NCBI GenBank assembly: GCA_036172245.1
Contig: JAYWIR010000018.1
Coordinates: 806,001 to 870,000, forward strand
Direction: 5' to 3'
DNA length: 64,000 nt
Source: Raillietiella orientalis
Taxonomy: Eukaryota
Both the position numbers and the translations under genes were made by a program. A model generated the notes under the pieces. The model was given only the letters and a program-made list of their open reading frames with translations, was not told the origin of the DNA and did no database searches. Of this stretch, positions 21,850 to 33,650 are shown in pieces. How positions within the stretch are numbered: the stretch's first letter is position 1; each line of letters starts with the position of its first letter.

Positions 21850-22800
21850 CTTTGTTGTTATTTCGTTGCTACGGGGTGCTAAGCGGTTACGGGTGGCGCC
21901 CAGATAACGCGCTTGGAACGGACAAGTTCAAAGATGCAGTGGGTTTTACGCATTCCCCGGTATCCGGAACCTACCGGGAGCCGCTGGATTATGCGAGGGC
22001 CGACCTCCGCGAGACGTGCGTAGACTGCCCTGAGACGGGCTCCGGGAATGAACTGCATCTCCTCCGTTTTGTCTTTCCGCGAGCATCTCGGAGGAAGGGT
22101 TCTGGAGATTGATGGAAGGGACACAAAAGGGGAAGGGCAGGGAAGTGGAGGATGCAGAATGCTCGCGAGGGATTCCCGGACGACGAAGGGGGTCGACCAT
22201 CCCGCATGATCGCTGATGGTTGCCGGGGTCAAAGTGGCTTGGCTAGTGCATCCAGAACTCGCTTGCTGAGCTGTCCTTCGCGCGCCCTCCGTTCCTGGCA
22301 ACGGTACATCGCGGCACAGCCGAAAGGTAGGGTGGTCATGACGACCCGGAAGGGAGACGATGAACCTTGACAAACAAACCGGGACGACCGGGAACCAAGG
22401 GACGTACGGAGGACACATGGGAGATGAATTCGGGAGAATTTTGCAAGCTGGAGGCACTCTTGAACCTTGGAGCTCTTCCACGGGGGCGACTAAAATGCGG
22501 GGATGCCTCTCGGTTTTCTGTAGAGGAAGGGATGACACCCGGGTGCCATCTCCAGAGACAGCTCGATCCCTCAGTCAGGACTCAGTGCGCGGTGGACCAA
22601 CAGGAAGTACGTGCAACAAGCCAGGTCATCCTCTGGAGTCGAGTTGATCCGAGAGCTGGCCCTGAGACTCGGAAGCCTCAGGCGAGCGCGCCCTCACTTC
22701 CCTGCCCCCAGATCCTGAGCGCCTCCATCCGCACTGCAGTGCGAACCCCGTACCCTGGCAAAGCTCGAGAGGTTCCCGGAACCCTGCAATCCTCTCGCGG
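21850..22800 (+). mobile_element. Highly degenerate L1-type ORF2 fragment (end of APE and linker)
   Basis: DAVGFTHSPVSGTYREPLDY (resembles FT...RIDY), QQEVRAT...PRAGPE (resembles EEV...PGPD), SIRTAVRTPYPGK. Confidence 0.4.
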
Positions 22801-24129
22801 GAGCGGTTGGGCGAGCTTTCGGAAGCTTGGCACTGCTTCCTTCCCACAGGAAAGGCTGACGAAGAAGAAAGAGGATTAGCGAAACGTTGCCATGCGACGA
22901 AGGGAAAGGGAGGAGGATGGACGCAAAGTGATGAGGAGTTTTTTTTTTTTTCCCTGGTTGTTGGCCGGTCGTGCGCAGTCGCGGCAGGGAGTTCTTCACT
23001 GCTGCGTTTGGATACGGAGGCAACGGAAGAGAACCGCTGTCTCCTCGGCAGCCATGCATCCTGCGTCAACTCGCACCGGCACGCAACCGCATCACCAGGG
23101 AGAGAGCAGCTCTCCGAGGTGCGTGAGACATCTTCCGGAGACATCTTTCACCAAGTCGAGGGAATGGCATGGCTGGTGACCGCATCACCGCGACATCGGA
23201 AGAGGGGTCCTCCGGGATCGAACTACTGACGTGGAAACGCAATGTGCTTGGTCTCTTCCGGGCGCGGAAGAGCAGAGACGCACAGGCGAATGACGCTCAC
23301 CGACGCGGGATGCTGATTTCCACTCTCGCGAGGGAGCATCCTCAGGGAGCGCAGCTCCGAGGACCCTCCAGGGAGGTCCGATGTCAGTCGGCTCCACGCC
23401 ACCATTCCTCCTCATCGGTTCCATGGCGAAGGGGAGGAATTTCCGCAGCGTTCCCCACCCGACCCCCGCTCTCCCATCCCTCCCTTCATCCGGTGAAGAG
23501 GACGGAACTTTGGTTTCGGAAACTCCTTCGTCGTGGACAGTTTGACCCATCCTGCGCTTCCTGTGGGATGTTGGGTTCCCCGGCCTCCGTGCCATGGTGC
23601 GACCTTGCTGCTTCCTGGAAATCCGCAACATTCTCGCCGCTCCGTCATTCGCCGTCATTCTCCGGAGGCCCAGGCGTCCTGCCGTGCCTGCTGCTTTCTC
23701 GGTCGCGTGTGGAGTGCCAGGGCCGACCCCGTGGCTCGCGTGCCACTACCCGCGTCGCCGCGGAGGTGGAAAACGGAGAGCCGATCCTTCGGCCGGAGGG
23801 AGAAGTGGAGAGCCACCCAGAAATCCTGCGACGCCTTCCTCTTTCTCCCAGCCTCCCTACCGACGCTAATCGACGCGTGCGCACTCGTTGGCCATCCCAT
23901 CCAGTAAGATGGCGCCTTTCTCTGGAGAATGATGCTACCGTTCGGCAACGCCCATCCTGCTTTCTTGGCAGTTCCAGCCTCTGGTAGCCACATCGAGCCG
24001 GGAAATAGGAAGGTTCCCATCGCGACTCCGACTCCTAACCGGGGGCTGCCTTGGGTAGAGCCCGCTTGCTGTTTGGTACTCTCTGATGGAAGCGACTCCG
24101 AACCAAGTGGCACCCCCGAGAGCCTCCCT

Positions 24130-24700
24130 GAAGTCCAGTACGAGGCGGTGAGCGCGTCGATAGGTCAGCGAACAGCCCCAGGCTGCGGAAGATCAGCAGC
24201 TGCGTCCAGGAGCTTATCGAAAGCACGAACGCGCCTTGGATCTCTAGAAGTTCCTGGGCAGGTTCGTGGTCGACGAGGAGGGTGAGGAGGATGAGGAGGA
24301 AGGGAGGACGAGGAGAAAAGGAGGAGGAGGAAGGGAGGACGAGGAGAAAAGGAGGAGGAGGAAGAGGAGGAGAAAGAAGAAAGGAGGAGGGAGTGGAGAG
24401 CCTGCGTTGAGTAAAGGAGCATCTCTCCGGAGGATTCCTGATGGCGATGATTGCCGTGGTGGCGCGCCTGGAGACGAAGTCGGAGGGCGAGGCAGTCGGC
24501 GACGAGTACCAGGACAGCAGCCGCCGAAACCTGCACAAGAAAAGCATACTCGAGAGAGAGGGCATCCCAGTGAGCCACCTGGTTTCCTTAGTCGAGATGG
24601 GGACGTCGGAGGAGAACATCTGGAAACGCAGCTTTCTGACGGGGACGTCTTCGAGGAGGAGGAGGCGGAAGAAGAGGACGAAGAGGAGAAGAAGAGATCC
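24130..24700 (+). pseudogene. Decayed intronless coding sequence of unknown function, copy 2 (inverted relative to copy 1)
   Basis: Near-identical stretch gagagagagggcatcccagtgagccacctggtttccttagtcgagatggggacgtcggaggagaacatctggaaacgcagctttctgacggggacgtcttcgagg shared with 17447-17550 on the opposite strand. Confidence 0.65.
24275..24395 (+). repeat. Imperfect (GGA)n purine-rich repeat
   Basis: Almost pure G/A tract, including two copies of ggaagggaggacgaggagaaaaggaggagga. Confidence 0.85.
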
Positions 24701-24789
24701 AAACTCCTCCTGGTTTCCCCGATCCAAAGTGTGACCACGAGGGTTTACTAGGGTTCTCTCGATGGCCCCGCTCTCTGGCGCAAAACACA

Positions 24790-26138
24790 GGGCAGGAGGA
24801 GGCTCCCTTCGTCTGCTAACTCAGATATCAACACTCAATCGTCCGCGTGGAGTTTCCTCAGGACGTCCTTCCTGGTTTACAAAAGAGTTATTGTCAAATG
24901 GGAATGAGGATGAGCCAAGGATCCAAATGAGCCACTCCAGGGAAGCTGTGCGTCTGATTCCTGACTACGCCTTCCCCGACCAAAAGACTTTTTGCAGAAA
25001 ATTCCTCCGTGTGGATGTGCTCGTCTCGATGCATCTTGCGGAGGGCGTGCGAAGAGATGGCTCCAAGGAGAAGAGGGTACGCTGCATTGGCCAGGCTGAT
25101 CGACTTATCTCCAGACCTCCCTTGGTCGAGAGCTCGCTTGCGGCGCTTCCTATCCGAGGAGACGTCACAGCTTCGTGGTCTGGGCTGGTAGCCCGTCGGG
25201 ACCTTCTGGCGCTGCCTCTAACCTCGTCCGTCCTCGTTGGCTCCATCGTCGCCCCACCCGAAATGCTTCAGCTTCTCTCCCTACGTGTGTAAAGCGTGAG
25301 GGAGCAGAAGACGAGGGAACTAGGTAGTTGGACCATGGGCCAGCTCACGGACGCTGCGACCCCAAGTACCCCACCGAAGGGACTATGGAGCTGGGGTGAA
25401 CTGCTGGGAATCCTATGGAAAGACCTCGAGTGGCCCCCACCAATAAAGAACAACCGGGCCCTCCCCCTGAAGTGGCAGGAGTCAGCACTTCTACAGTTGC
25501 ACTGGGGTCTCCCGTGCAACGCCCGCCGCTCCCATTGGACCGGAGGTTGTGAACCCCAATTGTTGCAGCTGTAGGGAACGGGAATCCCTCCCGCACCTGA
25601 TTGTGTACTCTGGCCCGTGTGGCTGCATTACGCAACGGCCCTTGGTGCACCGACGGACAATTCCAGGGACGTGATTAAACGCCTCTTCGTGTGCGATTCC
25701 CTTTCGTCTGCTGCACCCCCAGTAGCTCTTTGCTGTTGCCTACGTGGGATTGTGGTGACCAGGAGCTATGCGAGAAGAGAACGGCACGATAGGGATGCCA
25801 TCTGCTTTGCCCTGCGCTTCCAGTGGACGGCAGCAAGATGGTCCCCCCTGAAGCATACTCGAATGGAACTTGCTGGCATCCTGGAAAGGATGCAGAAGAC
25901 AGCCTCCAGCGCCTGGTGATTCCTTTCCTAACCCTCCCAATTTTTTTGTATATATTTTTTTGTTTTATTTTTATTTTTATTTGTCTCCTCCCCTTCCGCT
26001 GCCGAGGCGAACCTCGCCGGCCTGCGTGCCGGTTACTCGGCAGGTGCTGAGCATTTTCGGACGTTGTAGGGCCGATGACCCTACACATGTATGTTTATTA
26101 TTTTTTATAATAAACGTCCGGGCGCTACCGGGTGATAG
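24790..26138 (+). mobile_element. 5'-truncated family B LINE (copy B3)
   Basis: LGSWTMGQLTDAATP...LPLKWQESALLQLHWGLPCNARRSHWTGG, RDVIKRLF...ALCCCLRGIV, ELAGILERMQ. UTR and terminus AATAAA-cgtccgggcgctaccgg. Left boundary approximate. Confidence 0.85.
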
Positions 26139-27689
26139 CCTAATGACTTGAAGAGCTCACACGCACCCTCGAGTGGAGTGGACAGTGTTCGTACCCCCTC
26201 TCCTCCCAAGGAGGCGGGCGGTTCTTCAGCACGTGGCCAACCATACCATCCGAAGAGACAAGAGAAAACGATAGAAGGAAAGCAACGAAAGCAGAAGCAG
26301 GTGAGGTTCCTCAGCACGTGATCAAGGATGATGGTGGAACTTTTCACGGTTCGACCTCCGTGGCGTCGCATCGCTTCACTTTCCAAGACGAATCTGAGAT
26401 GGTGGAGGACGCGGGACGATGGTGACTTCCCTTCCTCCACGCGCGGTCATGAGAGATGACTTCGCAGCGCCTCGTATCTCGGAACGTGATCGCCAGCTTT
26501 TCCCTTCCAGACTCCACCGTGACCACAGAATGCAACAACGGGAGGAGGTGGCTTCTGACCCTCCATCAAAGGGTTTGCTGCGTCCGAAGAGGGTCCTCAG
26601 CTGCGGCACTCGAGACGCATTGTGCTGGCGTGAATTGCTGCGTCGAATGGTTTCCAGTTCAAACCTGCACACTTGCGGAGGCTAAAGGTCGCCCATCACC
26701 ACTTTATGAGAGGGGGAGCGGATCTGTGCCACAAGAGAAATGTAGCAGCAGGCAAAGAAATCTCCGGAGTTACCAAGGTGTATTCATCTTGTTGCTCTCC
26801 CCGACGAAGTTGTGAAAGACCTCCAATCTCATCTAGAAGGAGATACACGAATTCCTCGGGTGCTCTCAGGTCTTTGGTCAGGAGCCGCTAGAGCTACCTT
26901 GCATCTTCTTCTTGATGCCAACTCTCAGAAAGAGACCAGTGGGCCCTTGACGCGGTGCTCGAATGGGACTGTAGCAAGCGCTACGCTGTTGGTTACAGTC
27001 GCTCGGTGGAACTATCAAATGCTTCCATCTTAGATTTGGAGTGCGGAACCTCTGAAGACTTTTGGATCTTTAACAAAGAAAGGCTGTTGACGAGCCCTCG
27101 TCCTCGCCTCGAGAGAATCCATCTGGAAGCAGCTGGGGTCTCCGAACGTGCAGACACGAAAAGGCCTTCACGTCTGCGAGCGTGGCTGAGAATTGCTTGG
27201 ATCGGTTGAGGTCGCGAGCAACAGCCGGGACGGGTCGCTTTGGCAGATGGCGCAAGAAGCGGCGGCACTCTTGCTCAGTTCTCAAGAGGACATCTCGAGA
27301 AACGGAATTTCCTTTTCCCGGTTCTACGAATGTGCTTGCGCCCACATTGAGAGTCCGTTTTCTTATGTTCGTGGTTTCGCATCCGTGTCCGTTCGGTACG
27401 TTACGGAAACCATTCTCGTTTGATCCTCCTGTTCTTACGCATGCGCGAAGGGGGATTTCGCATGGGAGCACATGGGGAACCGAGACGAACTTCGGTTCCC
27501 ATGTGCTCATGTTAGGTTTGTCTGTCTGCACGATCCGCCTGTGTTGTAGGCAAACGACGTTGGGGGTTGAGCTGTGAAGGGAGTGGGCCTCGCGCTTTGC
27601 AAAAGGAACCAAATTCCGTTTGCAGCCCGAAGGTCTCTCTCTCTCTGTCTCTCTCGAGGGGGGGAAGGAGAGAGAGCTGCTCAGCCTCA

Positions 27690-28020
27690 GGCCTCGACGG
27701 TTGCAGGGTGGCAGTTGCCCTGATATGATGGAGAGTGCTGAGAAAAAAATCGCCAAGGAGGAAGTGATCCAGGAAGTACTTGGAAGCGACCGAGATCAGT
27801 ACAGCTGCTGATTCGAGGATGCTGCTGGGAACGTGTACGAGCGAGAGGACGGAAACAACCGATCGGCGCTTTCAGCATCCCCATGGATGTTCCACAGTTT
27901 CCATAAATCTCGTGCTCTCGGCGATCGGAGGCCGCAGACTGCATCGCCCTTTTTTATCCCGTTATGATTCCACTGACATTCCATTAGGATTTCAAAGACA
28001 CATTGCTGCAGCAAGTCCCA
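27690..28020 (+). mobile_element. Small degenerate L1-type ORF2 linker fragment
   Basis: MMESAEKKIAKEEVIQEVLG resembles RMEEEIAPEEVKAAFA of element A. Confidence 0.3.
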
Positions 28021-29169
28021 AGCAGGTGTAGTTCCCATTTTCCTTTTTTTTTTCTTCCCTGAATTTTCGCCTGATGTCTTGAGATTTTTGGCTCTCATGC
28101 AGCTGCGGCAAAAACCACTACCGCCGGCGTACCACTCAGAACAGCTCAGTGCGAGAATAAACAAGAAATCATCCTTGGAGTCATTTTAACGTGTTGATTT
28201 TTTTCCTCCTTCTCTTCTCCTCCTTCTTCTGTTGAACTCGTACAATGATCACATGTGAGATGGAGGGGGTAAAGTGGAGCCCCCTCGTCTCGGCTGGATC
28301 CGTTCGAGAGACTTTGATCCCACTCTCCACTCATCATTGCCTGCTGGTCATTTTGCTCCGCCTCCTGCCAGACTTCTTTTCGAAATCCTTTGCAGCTTCC
28401 GTCTTCCGCGCCTTATCCGGGTTTCGGGCTTATCGACCCCCTTTTGCACTCTCATTCGCCCAAGAGGCTCCCTTCCGCCGTGCGACCCTGTCTGAGCGCT
28501 TCCCGGATCAATCCTGCCGTTTCTGGAAGCTCCTCGAGTTTCCGCGAAAGCAACTCGAGTGCTGCACGCTGTTCTCCGGGCATCCGCGGGGCTCCCCGCC
28601 GCCAGGTTCTCGCGGCGCTAACAGGAGAGGAGGAGGTATCGCCATCCCGGCTGCTTCCTCCTCCCCCTTCGACCCCATTAGCAGAGAGCCCGCCATCTGG
28701 CGAAGCGGCCCGTTTCGTTCCTCGTCCCGCGTGTTAAGGAGCCGCTTGCAAGGCGGCCCCTGCGAGGCCAGCCAGCCACCCTCGCTTATTAGCCGTCCCA
28801 TTTCCCTCCCTTGTGCCGCTGCTGCTCTCCTGCAGTCCCTGAGGACTATAGTAACGAACTCTTTCACCACGTTCGGATCCCTTGCAGCAGGGAAATCGAT
28901 TTCAACAGGTCGAATCACGGATCTGGAGTAGAAAGGGGGGGTCCCTGGTTCGAAAGCCTTTTCGAGAATTCCTTTTTGGCCTCTGCCAACGCAAAACCGT
29001 TCCTCCTCCTCTTCCCTCGTGTGGCTAATTAAAGTCTTGAACACGAAAAAAATTAAGGGTTGCGGAACGAGTAGTGGATGCGTGTTACCTTTTTGATCTT
29101 CGGCTGCTTCAGGCCTCCGGAATTCCGGTGGCCTGATGGCGCACATGCCATTTTCCCAACCTCCTTTCA

Positions 29170-31500
29170 CTGCCTTCCAGGAGAACGCGGAAGTCTTCAG
29201 GTGCAGTCATGATCTTTGCAGCTTTCGAGTGCTCCAGAGCTACTAGCTGGGAGGGTTCAACTTTCGAAGAGCTACAGAGGTGGATTCAGCACGTTGCCAG
29301 GTCCACAGCCACCGCAAAATGTGCTGTCTGGAACCGGGTGCAAAATCCAGCAATAAGGAAACCCTTCGCCCTCTCTGCAAACAGAATGTTCTTTTCAGCT
29401 CCCCTTTACTAGAAAAAATTCTTACAGCCGACATCCATGGAATAGCAAAGAATCCCCTTAGCATGGACCTGCCGTTTTCACTCGAGCCAGAGAAAGCACA
29501 CAAAAAACTGAACTTTGTTGAAGGAAGCTGAGCGTTTTTTGGAGGCGACCCAAAGTCGTGCATTGGGCTGAGGTGACAGGGTCCACCCAGACACCTGCTT
29601 ACCTATAGAGTGTATGGGGACCAGATGGGAACACTTTGACCAATGGCCTTTCTACAGTTCATGGGCGATTCGAACTTTCAGCTTTGGCTCCCTGAGAGGA
29701 AAAAGCATTGTTCCGAGTATTGGCTCCCAAAACATTACAGGACGTAACTCTTTCCTCCTCAGCTGGAGAAATGGACCGAAGTGAATTCGTCAGACTCTTT
29801 GCAGGAGTGCCTTCACGTTTGCAGGACCACTCCTTCTTCAAAGACGTTCCCAAAGATTTCCACAAGATTCAGTTGCAGCAATCGATCTGCATTCAGGTCG
29901 ACTGGATTTCCTGAGTGAAACGCGTGCTAAACACGCCGCCATAGAAACCACTTGGCTCTTGAAGTCTTCAATGGATATTGTTCGTGAAGACTTTTACTTG
30001 TGAATAGTCAACCAGAATCGATATCGTTTGTTCATGTTTGATGTTTGGAAAGAAACCATCACGCCGCCCGTCGGAAAGACCGAAACATCGTCGACCAAAA
30101 CAACAAAAGCCGTTTTGTTCGACGATGCTCAGTCTTCCATCCGCGGCATCAGTTAAACAGATAAATACGAGGTGCATCTCAAAAGAGCCCATCGGATATA
30201 AAGAAAGAACGAATGAGAGAAACGAAAATATATTGGTGGTTCCAAACACATACATCCCCACTTCATTTTTCTACGTAGTCATCATCTGTCCGCAAAGTCC
30301 AGACAATTCGGAAATTCAAATGGGGACTTTTTGATCACTCGGCCCTGACCTCGCCCCCAGTGACCACCACGTCTTCCTCCACCTCAAGGAGTGGCTCAAC
30401 AATTCGAGGGGGAAAGGGTGGAGTGGAAAACCTCGGTGCTGCTGGACAGTCTGAACTCCCAGGCGGCGGAATTCCATGAAGACGATTTAAAAAAGCTCAT
30501 TCCACGGTATCAAAAGTGCTTGGAGAAAAGATGGTGACGACTTAGAAAAATGAAACGGGGATGTATGTGTTTAAAACCACCAATACATTTTTGTTTCTCT
30601 TATCTGTTCTTCCTTTATATCCGATCGGCTCTTGCTTTTGAGATGCGCCTCGTATATGCCAATTATATTGCCATTACGAAGCTACTTATACACTGTATTT
30701 TAGCAGTGCTTTTAGCATCGCTAAACTTCTGCAGCAGCTTACCTATCAACGAGAGGAGCATCGCCTCGTCTTGAAGTCCGAGAATCTTGGGAAAGAACAA
30801 AAAATTTTTTGTCGAGTTTCTCGTTTTAAAAGTGGACCACCACCCTCCCAGTTCTGCGCTCTCACCAATCGAAATCTTCTTCGGCTCGATTTCTTATTTC
30901 AAGAGCATTCCAATGCTGTGGCTCTTCAATATGGATCTCGCTTTTCGTGGTACCTCTACTAAGATTGTTTGATTCTTCCACGTCCGCGGGACCACGGACG
31001 GCACACGTAAACGTAAAGAACAAGTTCACCTCCATCCTTGTTTACGTACAGCAATCCTTTGTCGCTTGGAACGCCGGATCTGTCTGGCTCATCAGCGTCC
31101 CCTTGTCTCCCGTGTTCCCTTTTTACTTCATTTCGCTCTGATGCATAGGACGTCGGCGTCTGTATCGTTTACATTTCCGTCCTATTTGCTGGAGAGACTG
31201 CTTGATGCCTCTGGCAACAGATACTCTTCCCTGTCTGAGCCCGATCAAGGTTTCGGTGATGATTTTGCGCAAAAATCAAAACACTTTTTCTCAAACATCA
31301 AGCTCATTATGAGCTTTTTCCTAAAACGATCCGTCTCTCTTAGATACACCTCCTGGTGCACCCACTGCGTTACGCCTCATCTGGTCTCACACGAGAGACT
31401 GGCAATTTGCACCGACTAATTACACTCAATTCTCCTTCTGTGAGAAATCTATCATCATCCTGCGTCCAAATGATCCACATATCCAACTACTCTTACGCCA
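29170..31500 (-). mobile_element. Highly degenerate L1-type ORF2 remnant, apparently interrupted by the mariner MITE
   Basis: VRIFSSKGELKRTFCLQRG.R resembles the region before the RT QG motif (about 29360-29430). IRNRAEEDF...RTG is linker-like (about 30850-30900). Otherwise eroded. Confidence 0.35.
30168..30652. mobile_element. Mariner-derived non-autonomous element (MITE), 485 bp, with about 120-bp inverted arms and TA duplication
   Basis: TA|cgaggtgcatctcaaaag ... cttttgagatgcgcctcg|TA. Arms about 30168-30287 and 30529-30652. The internal plus-strand remnant PDLAPSDHHVFLHLKEWL...LNSQAAEF...KKLIPRYQKCLE.DGDDLEK* is a mariner transposase C-terminus. Confidence 0.92.
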
Positions 31501-32499
31501 CACTTGGTTATATTCTTTCTTACGACTACACATTGATTAGAACTTTTAATCACTCTTTATTAAGGAGATTATTCATCGCTAAATTATTAAAGCCTCAGAG
31601 ATGTAAAGATGCAAAAGAGTTCGCTGCAAATGAACTGCCAGCAGCCTCCCTTAATCCCACTCATTACAGCCAAATCATTTAAGCCCTCTTCCCCCTTTTC
31701 CATTTACCCAGTGTCTATAGCCGAGCGTCTTATCCTGTTTCATGACGACACCTTAGATGTTGTTTTTCCTTCCATGAAACGTACACGGAGCCTAACCAGC
31801 AAAAAAAAAAATGCAGCGTCAGCTCCACTGCTATGAGTGACCACCAGTGACGGCACAAGAGGCCCACGATCACTCCGTACTCACGGCACCGTTGCTTCCG
31901 AAATCGGGCACCACCGAGTAAACAACTCTTTACCACTCGTGCACGCGTGACGCCACAAAAACTGCCGAAGGGCTGCGGTGCCAAAGTTCCCCATCGCCCG
32001 CTTTGGCACAGCTACTCAGCCCGCGAATGAAACGCCATGAGCGCCTACGCCATGGCGCCCGTCAGCAGAAGCGTTCCATCGCGCACTCGGATTTCTGTCC
32101 GATTAGCCCTCCTTGCCTGCGGCGAGCAAACCATCTCATCTCATCGGACTCTATGCCCACCCCTTCGCAATGCCCACAGGGAAAATCAAGACCGAAATTT
32201 CATCCAGCTAACGGGCGACCGAAGCCGAAGAGAAGCAAAAGAAACAAAACGACATCCCAGTGGTTTCCCCTTTCCATTAATTGGAGAGCGCAACTTATTG
32301 CTTGCCTCCCCAACCATTCTTACCAAGTCATAGGACAATGTATGTTTCATGAGTTGGCGTTGGCAAAGATCACAACGCCCCTCCTCACTTTTCCTTTCGA
32401 AAGCTCGATTGCAACTCTTGCTGTGCGCCACGCAAGCATCCTGCACTTTCGAGCGGATCGAGCGCTGCAAAGGACCGTTTCGAGCGTTTCCTGCCAGAC

Positions 32500-33650
32500 A
32501 AAAAGAGAGCAAAGGGACTCTCCGACATGCATGTCCGCACTCGGAGATAGAGTACATCCCGTCCTCTTAGGAAGACCTAGTACCGATAGAAGTTATGAGC
32601 TGGATGCCAACGCTTGCTTGCTTGCTTGCACCAAGTACGGTAAGAGGGAGTAACGGCTGAAGGCGTGACCCGAAGCGAAAGGTCTTTCGCCTGAGGCTGC
32701 TGAGAGCTGACTCCAGAATGTCGATTCAGCTAGGGTTGATGACGGATGCTTCTTAACCTTAGTTTGGCGAAGAACAAGGATAGGGACCGGCCCTATGTTA
32801 GTGATGCTTTGGCGGAGCTGCACTTGGATCCATTTCTTTTTCTCATCTTCTTGGAGATCTTCACTCTCTCATGCTGCCTACTCCTTGGGATGTCTTCAAA
32901 TTTTCCCGGAGGACCTCCAGCCAGTCAGCTATAAAAGATTCTAGTTCTGCGACCAAGGTGTGCTCATAGTATCTCCTATTCCAGAGCAGATGGATGGAAT
33001 CGATAACGGATGCTGCATCTCATAGCAAACGGAGTATTGGTTCGATACTGATGCTATCTCATCCTCAAAACCAGTCTTTCTTCCTTCGAACAAAAGCCTC
33101 CTTGGTACTCCAGCTCAGCTCCGAACGACGTAACCCTCATAACCCAATGCCCGATTCTTCTTTGACCTCCGCCGATGGCACGAGAGCTGAGATCGACAGA
33201 GGAAATTCGTCACAGACATTCCAGCACGAAGTGCCAGTCTGGAAGAGCTCAAAGAGTTTGAGAAAGAGCCCTCAAAGAAACGGGAAGACGTCTCCGTTTG
33301 GCAATCCTGGGGTGGAACGCGCCTCCATCTCCACTCAACACCCCATCGTCTCCCTCCTCTTCCAGGCTTCCAACGCGCCGAAGCGCATCATTGAGATGTT
33401 ATGAAAGTCGACTCCAATCAGCTCACGAGAGGAGCAGTCGAAATAGTCACAATTGCTCACCGCCTAGTCCTCGAAACCAAAAAGTCACTTCCATGGTTTC
33501 AACATTTCACCTCAGCTCTCCCGCTTTCATCTGCACATCGTTCTGTTTAAAGACCAGTAGCGACCTCGCGAGGAGACGCCGTCACTACTGGCGTAGCGAT
33601 GATGGAGTGCTGACTCCCTTTGGCTACCTTACGAGTCCATTGGGTGTCCT
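32500..33650 (-). mobile_element. Degenerate L1-type ORF2 fragment (post-APE linker)
   Basis: RGRYWSLNRTM at about 33535-33570 resembles the G.GYWKLN motif. FFAKLRLRSI at about 32745-32775. Confidence 0.45.
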
